In this document: piece after piece, positions 26,081 to 32,247 of the stretch
How the letters are laid out: each line of letters begins with the position of its first letter
Position numbering within the stretch: position 1 is the stretch's first letter
NCBI GenBank assembly: GCA_964591185.1
Contig: CAZPZV010000003.1
Span: forward strand, 9,164 to 43,729
DNA: 34,566 bases
Direction of reading: 5' to 3'
Source: an uncultured Candidatus Saccharibacteria bacterium
GTDB taxonomy: Bacteria > Patescibacteriota > Minisyncoccia > Minisyncoccales > PWPS01
Notes under the pieces: model-generated
The model's database searches: none
Told to the model about the DNA's origin: nothing
The model's input: only the letters and a program-made list of their open reading frames with translations
Position numbers and translations under genes: made by a program

Positions 26081-26925
26081 ATATACTACTAAAGATATTT
26101 TTAACGGAGGCGTTTCTTTTTAGTGCTACTATTCTCTTGGGAATAAGTGTTGCTTTGCGCTTAGACCATCTGGTCGCACACGCCTCCGATGGAGTGAGTA
26201 CACCGATGACAGTCGGTGTTATTCTTTTCTATGTTCTTGTTGCCACCTTGCTGGTGCTCTTTTTTTTGAAAAAAGGAGCGGGGCTCTTTCTTCGTTTCCT
26301 GCTTCTTTTCTCTGTCTTTGTCGGAGGATGGATAACACTGATACCTTTCTTGGGAGAGTACGCTCTACTCTTTTTGCTGCTACTCCTCTTTCTTTTAATT
26401 AAAAAACCGCTGGTTGTCGTTCACAACATATGTATCATCATCGCTATTGCCGGAGCGGGAGCGGTAGTCGGCATCTCTCTTACTCCTTTCATGGTCATTC
26501 TTTTAGCTGCTTTCCTTTCCGTGTACGATGTTATCGCTGTCTACAAAACAAAGCACATGGTAAAGATGGCCGAAGGAATGGTAAAGAGCAAGTCTATCTT
26601 AGGGATAGTCATACCTTTTCAAATAAAGGATCTTTTTCTTGATCTTAAAAAGACGGATGTTCAAGGAAGGTTTATGATACTTGGTGGAGGGGATATAATG
26701 ATACCTCTTCTTTTGTGTGTCGCCTTTCTCTCACAGGGAGTAGTTTACTCTTTAGTGATTTTTGCTTTTTCCTTGATGGGACTGGCTTTTAGTTTTATTC
26801 TTTTTATTTCTCCGGAAACAAAGCGACCCATTCCCGCTCTTCCGCCAATCGTTTTTATGCTCACTTTTGGCTATATAATACTAGAGGTCTTTAATCATGT
26901 AGCTTCTTTTTCTCCGGTAGCCTAA
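26077..26925 (+). CDS. Presenilin / signal-peptide-peptidase-like intramembrane aspartyl protease (A22 family, PSH-like)
   Basis: A polytopic membrane protein carrying the three signature motifs in order: SVYDVIAVY (YD), LGGGDIMIP (GxGD) and PIPALPP (PAL). I prefer the GTG start at 26077, which overlaps the upstream stop (GTGA). Confidence 0.75.
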   Translation: MNILLKIFLTEAFLFSATILLGISVALRLDHLVAHASDGVSTPMTVGVILFYVLVATLLVLFFLKKGAGLFLRFLLLFSVFVGGWITLIPFLGEYALLFLLLLLFLLIKKPLVVVHNICIIIAIAGAGAVVGISLTPFMVILLAAFLSVYDVIAVYKTKHMVKMAEGMVKSKSILGIVIPFQIKDLFLDLKKTDVQGRFMILGGGDIMIPLLLCVAFLSQGVVYSLVIFAFSLMGLAFSFILFISPETKRPIPALPPIVFMLTFGYIILEVFNHVASFSPVA

Positions 26926-28383
26926 ACTTCTCCAGTACTCTCTCGCTCCCACTCCGGAGATTACAGCGATACGTTTTTTACCTCTCTTTTTTGCCTCTTC
27001 TTCTGCCATCTTTACAAGCTCTTTTCCCATGCCCCGGTGTTGGGCGGCATCTTCGCTTTTCTTTTTTAAATAAAGTTGTTGTCCGTAGGTGTGTAGTTCC
27101 CTTATCATCCCTGCGTCCTTTATTATACACCTCTCCGAGAAGCGCAGGCGCAGCAGGGCGCAGATCTTTTCTTTTGTTTTTATGGTAAGAAAAACTTCTT
27201 CTCCTCTTGATGCAGTGTAAACAATCTTTTCTTTTCTTGTTGATGTTATCAGCTCATTTTTTACTTCGTTGCAACGGATGCAAGCACAATTCTCTTTTTG
27301 CAGCATCTCTCTGATGTTGGATATCTTTGATCCTCCGGCGATACTGTTTGAAGGTATGTCGCGGAAAAGTCTTTGGATGCGCACGTAAGGGGGAATCACT
27401 TCTCTTTTAATCTTTTTTAGTACCCTTAAAAGGTCTTTATCGGAAAGAGGAGTATACTCTCCTTTTTTGTATATCTTGTAAAGAGGGGCTTCCTTTATCA
27501 CCAGACAAGGGTATATCTTTAAAAAGTCAGGACGGTAAGCGGGATTACTGAAAAGGCGTTTAAACGTAAGATAGTCTTTTTTTAGACTGCTTCCGGGAAG
27601 GTTGAGCATCACCTGATGGCAGACTTTAAAGCCGGCATCCTTTAGTAGTCTTGTTGCCTTTTTGGTTTCTTTTTGTGTGTGTCCTCTTTTGCACTTTTGA
27701 AGAACATCGTCAAACAAACTTTGCACTCCCAGCTCAACCATAGTCACGCCCATGTTGCGCAACCTGATAATCTCTTCTTTATTGATGAAGTCGGGACGTG
27801 TTTCTATGGAAAGGCAAACAATGCGGTGGTCTGCTGTTTCGTTCTTTTTTTGAGCTTCCTTTAAAGAAGAACTCTTCTTTTTGTTACAGGCATCAAAGCA
27901 GTCTTTGATAAACTTTTCTTGGTACTCTTTAGGGTAGTAGGACCAGGTGCCTCCGACGATACGCAGTTCTATCTTGTTTGTGGGGTGTCCTGTTTCCCGC
28001 AGAGAGTTGATTCTTGCTTTCATCTGTCTTTTGGCGCTGTATTCGGTAAGTATGGCGCGCATAACCGCCGGCTCGTTTTTAAGATAGCTTTTGGGGGCGT
28101 CTTTTTGCAGGGGACAGAAAACACACTCTCCGGGACAAGGAAAGGGCTTGGTGAGAACGGATATGTTTACCACTCCGGAAAGAGATCTCACAGGGCGCGT
28201 TTTTAATGTGTTTATTACCCCCTCGTCTTTTCCTCCTTTTTTGTGGTAATATCGAAGTACGCTTACATTAGTAGGCATGGGTAAGCGGTGTTTTTTGGAA
28301 AGATCTCTTTTCGCTTTGGAAAGCTCTTCCGGCGAAAGATCTCTTTCCTCCAGTATTTTTATTATCTCTTTTTCTATTTTCAT
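26881..28383 (-). CDS. elp3: Elp3-type radical-SAM / GNAT acetyltransferase (tRNA U34 cm5-forming enzyme homologue)
   Basis: The radical-SAM cluster motif CPGECVFCP lies near the N-terminus, a TIM-barrel-like middle region follows, and the C-terminal GNAT motif is QHRGMGKELVKMAEEEAKKRG. I prefer the ATG at 28383 (MKIEKEII...); the track start at 28416 is a TTG. Confidence 0.85.
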   Translation of the reverse strand: MKIEKEIIKILEERDLSPEELSKAKRDLSKKHRLPMPTNVSVLRYYHKKGGKDEGVINTLKTRPVRSLSGVVNISVLTKPFPCPGECVFCPLQKDAPKSYLKNEPAVMRAILTEYSAKRQMKARINSLRETGHPTNKIELRIVGGTWSYYPKEYQEKFIKDCFDACNKKKSSSLKEAQKKNETADHRIVCLSIETRPDFINKEEIIRLRNMGVTMVELGVQSLFDDVLQKCKRGHTQKETKKATRLLKDAGFKVCHQVMLNLPGSSLKKDYLTFKRLFSNPAYRPDFLKIYPCLVIKEAPLYKIYKKGEYTPLSDKDLLRVLKKIKREVIPPYVRIQRLFRDIPSNSIAGGSKISNIREMLQKENCACIRCNEVKNELITSTRKEKIVYTASRGEEVFLTIKTKEKICALLRLRFSERCIIKDAGMIRELHTYGQQLYLKKKSEDAAQHRGMGKELVKMAEEEAKKRGKKRIAVISGVGAREYWRSLGYRRKRSYMIKDL

Positions 28384-29038
28384 GAGAAAACGCAAAGCGG
28401 ATAAAATAATTGCCAAGTTGCGCGAGGATTATAACTCTGTTGCCACTTCCTTTTCAAGGTCAAAGAACATTCTTTGGACGGAGTTAGAGTTTCTTTTCCG
28501 TTACGCGGAAAAAGGTGAAAAGGTGCTTGATGTGGGTTGCGGTAATGGACGCTTCTCTCGTTATCTGGAAGAGACAGAGTATCTTGGTTTGGATTTTTCC
28601 GAAAACCTCATTACGGAAGCAAAGAAGCTTTTCCCGCAAAAAAGATTTCTTCTTGGCAACGCTCTTTCTCTTCCTTTCGAGGATAGTAGCTTTGATAAGG
28701 TTTATGCCATTGCTCTTATTCATCATATTCCTTTAGAGGAGTACAGAGTGAAGGCGTTGCAAGAGATGTACAGGGTATTAAAACCCGGAGGCATGGTTTT
28801 TCTTACCGCTTGGAAGAGAAAAAGAAAGGGTTTGCGTTGGAGTCAAGTTTTGCGCTTCTTTTCTTTTTCCGATGTAAGTATAACCTTTAATGGGCGGGAA
28901 CGCTACTATCATCTGTTTAAAGAACAAGAGCTTTCAGAGATAGCGGAAAAGGCGGGATTTGTTGTTATGGAAGAAGGGGTGGTGAAAAGAAAAAAGTTTG
29001 GTAACTTCTATCTTATTGCCCGGAAAGAAGTTGTTTAA
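28382..29038 (+). CDS. Class I SAM-dependent methyltransferase, Trm9/ALKBH8-MT-like
   Basis: Motif I is VLDVGCGNG. The N-terminal YNSVATSFSRSKNILW, plus AIALIHHIP..R and RYYHLFKEQEL, resemble Trm9. I prefer the ATG at 28382 (MRKRKADK...), which places motif I about 50 residues in. Confidence 0.75.
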   Translation: MRKRKADKIIAKLREDYNSVATSFSRSKNILWTELEFLFRYAEKGEKVLDVGCGNGRFSRYLEETEYLGLDFSENLITEAKKLFPQKRFLLGNALSLPFEDSSFDKVYAIALIHHIPLEEYRVKALQEMYRVLKPGGMVFLTAWKRKRKGLRWSQVLRFFSFSDVSITFNGRERYYHLFKEQELSEIAEKAGFVVMEEGVVKRKKFGNFYLIARKEVV

Positions 29039-29054
29039 GGAGATTGTTTTGTGT

Positions 29055-29348
29055 ATGTGTGAAAAAGAGCTAAAAGAGTTCATAGAAAAAAGAAAATACT
29101 TTTTCTGGTGGGTGAAGGATCCGCAGAATTTAGGCAAAGAGTCCGTTGTGGAGGCTACTTTGAATTATGGTAACTGGGATGACGTGCAAGAGTTGATTTA
29201 TATAATGGGCATAGAGAAGGTGGCTCGCATATTTAGAGAAAGATCAAAAGAATCTTCGGTGGGACGTCAAAATTACGATAAAAAAACAAAAAATTATTTT
29301 AATTTATATTTCAATGAACATCTTTCCACGAAAAGAAATTCTCACTGA
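29055..29348 (+). CDS. Small helical protein, putative partner (antitoxin-like) of the downstream nucleotidyltransferase
   Basis: MCEKELKEFIEKRKYFFWWVKDPQNLGKESVVEATLNYGNWDDVQELIYIMG... AAGGAG lies at 29037-29042. An in-frame TTG at 29049 has better SD spacing (6 nt) and is an alternative start. The ORF overlaps the next gene by 35 nt. Confidence 0.5.
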   Translation: MCEKELKEFIEKRKYFFWWVKDPQNLGKESVVEATLNYGNWDDVQELIYIMGIEKVARIFRERSKESSVGRQNYDKKTKNYFNLYFNEHLSTKRNSH

Positions 29349-29940
29349 TCAACAAACAGAGCTGCTTTCTTTGGTGAAAAAGTTCAAAGAAGAATTTATT
29401 CTGGTGGGAGAAACGGCCATTGCTTTACATCTTGGCCACAGAAGATCCATAGATTTTGATTTATTTTCCCAAGAGGAGTTTGGAAACAAGAAAATCAGAA
29501 ATGCAATTATCGGGGAAGGGTGGAATATAGAAATGGTTTTTAGGGACGAAAAGGACTGCTTTACTCTTTTGATCAATGGGGTGCAAGTAACCTTTTTTTA
29601 CTACCCCTTTCAAATACATGCGAAAGAGGATTTTGGCGAAGCAAAGGTTCCCGATCTTCTTACTCTGGGGGCCATGAAAGCATATGCCTTGGGAAGAAGA
29701 GCCAAGTGGAAGGATTATGTGGATCTTTGTTTTATCTTTCAGAAACATGGTTCTGTAAAACCGGTTATAGATGAAGCTAAAAACATCTTCAAGAACGAGT
29801 TTAATGAAAACCTTTTTCGTAAGCAGCTAGCTTATTTCGAAGACATAAACTACGAAGAACAAGTTGACTTCCTTTCCGGATTCGAGGTGAGCAAAGAGGA
29901 AGTAAAAAAGAAATTGACCGATTTTGCCATAGATGCTTGA
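29314..29940 (+). CDS. Nucleotidyltransferase, AbiEii/DUF1814-like (type IV toxin / abortive-infection family)
   Basis: LVGETAIALHLGHRRSIDFDLFS and KAYALGRRAKWKDYVDLCFI match the AbiEii-type NTase signature blocks (GGTAL..HR.S.D.D.F and K..RD..D). The length is 208 aa. Confidence 0.65.
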   Translation: MNIFPRKEILTDQQTELLSLVKKFKEEFILVGETAIALHLGHRRSIDFDLFSQEEFGNKKIRNAIIGEGWNIEMVFRDEKDCFTLLINGVQVTFFYYPFQIHAKEDFGEAKVPDLLTLGAMKAYALGRRAKWKDYVDLCFIFQKHGSVKPVIDEAKNIFKNEFNENLFRKQLAYFEDINYEEQVDFLSGFEVSKEEVKKKLTDFAIDA

Positions 29941-29965
29941 CAAAAAATTGGCTAGGTATTAGCAT
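29937..29965 (+). promoter_or_regulatory. Putative promoter of the greA leader
   Basis: TTGACA (29937-29942, overlapping the upstream TGA stop), N17, TAGCAT (29960-29965). Confidence 0.4.
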
Positions 29966-30001
29966 TAAAACAACATGATAAAGCAGTTGAAACTTAAAAC
30001 A

Positions 30002-30053
30002 AACACACTTAGAGGGTACATGACTGTTGCCCCTAAATGTGTTGTTTTTATTT
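30002..30053 (+). terminator. Terminator-like hairpin T1 inside the greA leader
   Basis: Arms 30002-30016 and 30030-43 form about 14 bp with one mismatch and one bulged A, around a 13-nt loop. GTTTTTATTT follows. Confidence 0.5.
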
Positions 30054-30059
30054 CCGATT

Positions 30060-30141
30060 CCGGGGAGGGTTAGAAGAAACAACAGAAGAGTACAAATAAC
30101 TTCTAAACTCCCCGGCACCACTACCGGGGAGTTTCATTCTT
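30060..30141 (+). promoter_or_regulatory. Alternative-pairing (attenuator-like) element directly upstream of greA
   Basis: CCGGGGAG (30060-67), CTCCCCGG (30108-15) and CCGGGGAG (30124-31) are present. Elements 1 and 3 are identical and both complement element 2. The 2:3 hairpin is followed by TTTCATTCTT, and the greA ATG lies 3 nt later. Confidence 0.5.
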
Positions 30142-30143
30142 AT

Positions 30144-30611
30144 ATGCAAAACAAACAATATTATTTAACAGAACAAGGTCTGCAGAAGACAAGAAGAGAG
30201 TTGGAAAGATTAAAGAGAATGCGTCGCAGAAAGCTAAAGAAAGAGGTTCCTGAAGCAATACACTCGGAAGACCTTAATCCGGAGTATCTCAACTTCCGCA
30301 AAGAGCTTGGTTTTATCGAGAAAAAGATTGCTAAACTGGAAGAGGTTTTAAAGAATGTTGAAGTTATTAAAACTCCCGGAAACAGAAACAAGAAAGTTTG
30401 CCTTGGATCAAGGGTTACCGTGGAAGCCAACGGACAGGAAGACAAGTTTGATATAGTGGGAACTATGGAGGCCGACCCTTACCTCTCCAAGATATCCAAC
30501 GAGTCACTTGTAGGACAAGCGCTCTTGGGAGCAAAAGAAGGAGAAGAGATTACCGTTTCCAGCAAAGTAAAGGTGGTTTACAAAATCAAGAAGGTAGAGA
30601 ATCAAAAATGA
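30144..30611 (+). CDS. greA: Transcription elongation factor GreA
   Basis: MQNKQYYLTEQGLQKTRRELERLK... is a coiled-coil N-terminal domain, followed by the C-terminal domain ...ISNESLVGQALLGAKEGEEITV. At 155 aa this is the normal GreA size. The track's upstream extension covers the structured leader. Confidence 0.9.
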   Translation: MQNKQYYLTEQGLQKTRRELERLKRMRRRKLKKEVPEAIHSEDLNPEYLNFRKELGFIEKKIAKLEEVLKNVEVIKTPGNRNKKVCLGSRVTVEANGQEDKFDIVGTMEADPYLSKISNESLVGQALLGAKEGEEITVSSKVKVVYKIKKVENQK

Positions 30612-31237
30612 AAGACATATTCCGCTTACTGAAAAGGGTAAACAAACTAAAGGAGAACAGGAGAAGAGGGTGGATGCTTCACGATATTGCGAATGCGGAA
30701 ACCACGGCGGAGCACACTTTTCATCTCGCCTTGCTTGTTTGGCTTGCAGGTGAAAAGAAAAACGATATTGATACGGAAAGAGCCATGAAGATGGCTCTTG
30801 TGCATGACATGTGTGAAGCATATGCTCCGGACTTTACTTCTTACGATGCTGCCGGTTTGGATGAAAACAAGGAGTTGACAAAAAAGGATTTAAAAAATAT
30901 TCGTCCCAAAAAAGGAAGACCAACAACAGCTCAAAGAGAAAAACTTGGCAAACTTAAAAAAGAACTTGAACAAGAGGCGATGGAGAAGATTACCAAGGGA
31001 CTGGGAAAGAACCTAAAAGAAGAGATTCTTGATCTTTGGAATGACTACGAAGAGGGTATCTCTACGGAGAGCAGGTTCGTAAAACAAGCGGACAGAATGA
31101 TAAACCTGCTTCAAGGGCTTGATTATTACAAAAGATATGGGAAAATAGAGTACGAGCTTTGGGTTCGTCGCGCAAAAGAGGTTATTGACGACGAACACTT
31201 AGTCGCTTTATTAAAAGAGATAGAGAAGGATATCTGA
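30608..31237 (+). CDS. HD-domain phosphohydrolase, YfbR-like 5'-nucleotidase family
   Basis: RRGWMLHDIANAETTAEHTFHLALL, ALVHDMCEAYAPD and KQADRMINLLQ are present. An ATGA overlap links it to greA. Confidence 0.75.
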   Translation: MKDIFRLLKRVNKLKENRRRGWMLHDIANAETTAEHTFHLALLVWLAGEKKNDIDTERAMKMALVHDMCEAYAPDFTSYDAAGLDENKELTKKDLKNIRPKKGRPTTAQREKLGKLKKELEQEAMEKITKGLGKNLKEEILDLWNDYEEGISTESRFVKQADRMINLLQGLDYYKRYGKIEYELWVRRAKEVIDDEHLVALLKEIEKDI

Positions 31238-31244
31238 AAGTTTT

Positions 31245-31838
31245 GTGTTCAAGCCAAACAGACTAATACTCAAGTTAATATTCTCCGATTTTTTCCTGCA
31301 CGGTGGGTGGGGTATTATCCTACCTGTTTTTGCTGTCTTTATTGTTGATGACATATCCGGAGGTTCTTTGGAAACTGTTGGTGTGGCGGTGGCTGTCTAC
31401 TGGATTACGAAGTCTGTGGTACAGCCTTTCTTTGCTCATCATATGGATATGGTTATAGGAGAAGAGGATGACGTCTCTTATCTGCACAGGGGAATGATCA
31501 TTACCACACTGGTCCCCCTTTTCTATATTCTTGCCACAAGCATCTGGCATGTTTTTCTTTTGGAAGCTATACGTGGAATAGGGATGGCTATGGTTATACC
31601 TGCGTGGTTTGGCATGTTTACCAGACACATAGACAAGGATTGGGAGGCGTATACCTGGAGCTTGCAGAGTACGGCTATCGGATTTATCTACGGATTTGCC
31701 GCACTGCTTGGAGGTATTATGGCTGCCGCCGTTGGCTTTAAAGCTATCTTCTTTTTCGTTTTCCTCTTCAAATTTATCGGCACAATGGCCCTCTTTTCAG
31801 TAAAGAAAGAGGCGATTATCAAGAGAAATGTTGACTAA
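31245..31838 (+). CDS. Six-helix membrane protein resembling the N-terminal half of an MFS transporter
   Basis: It starts with GTG and has about six hydrophobic segments. LLEAIRGIGMAMVIPAWFGMF resembles MFS TM4-5. At 197 aa it is about half the usual MFS length. Confidence 0.5.
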   Translation: MFKPNRLILKLIFSDFFLHGGWGIILPVFAVFIVDDISGGSLETVGVAVAVYWITKSVVQPFFAHHMDMVIGEEDDVSYLHRGMIITTLVPLFYILATSIWHVFLLEAIRGIGMAMVIPAWFGMFTRHIDKDWEAYTWSLQSTAIGFIYGFAALLGGIMAAAVGFKAIFFFVFLFKFIGTMALFSVKKEAIIKRNVD

Positions 31839-31859
31839 ATCGTGAAAATCGTGTATATT
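31831..31859 (+). promoter_or_regulatory. Putative promoter of ssrA (tmRNA)
   Basis: TTGACT (31831-36, overlapping the upstream stop), N17, TATATT (31854-59). The -10 box ends 15 nt before the mature tmRNA 5' end. Confidence 0.5.
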
Positions 31860-31874
31860 AGGCCTCACGAACAA

Positions 31875-32228
31875 GGGGATGACTTGATTCGACGGGACCC
31901 TTTGATCTAAGCGGTGCAAGCGGAGAGCAGACTCCTTAAACATGCAAACATCAAATAAGTGCCAACTTATTCGAAAAAGAACCTGCATTAGCATACGCTT
32001 AATGCACATCTTCCCCGCTCACTCCTCATAAGCGGATGAAGGTGCCATAAAATGAGGATAGGGATTTAAAGTTTCGTTTCTTCTCTTTAAATCTCGAAAA
32101 AATAAAAAGATACAAAGCAAGAGCGTTTTTGTCTGGTTTTTCAGCGCTTGCTTTCATCTAAACCGGAACAAGCTTGTAGAACTGTTTGGATTAAGTTTCC
32201 GGACGGGAGCTCACCCTCCCCATCTCCA
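31875..32228 (+). ncRNA. ssrA: tmRNA (SsrA), about 354 nt
   Basis: The 5' end GGGGATGACTTGATTCGACGGG is the canonical tmRNA start. The 3' end CATCTCC-A pairs with it to form an acceptor stem containing G3:U70. The internal tag frame is GCC AAC TTA TTC GAA AAA GAA CCT GCA TTA GCA TAC GCT TAA (31961-32002), preceded by AAATAAGT as in known tmRNAs. Confidence 0.9.
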
Positions 32229-32247
32229 CAAAATTAAAAAGAGGATT

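Noticed and set aside
28277-28416. Longer versions of the methyltransferase (ATG 28277) and of Elp3 (TTG 28416). These would overlap each other in antisense by about 140 nt.
   Set aside because: The extra residues are low-complexity (SSS, FIISFSIF) and absent from homologues as I recall them. I keep them as an alternative, because no SD or promoter evidence decides between the starts.
30027-30143. A 39-codon N-terminal extension of greA.
   Set aside because: GreA homologues start at the MQNK..YLT position. The extension covers hairpins and T-tracts that look like RNA structure rather than coding sequence.
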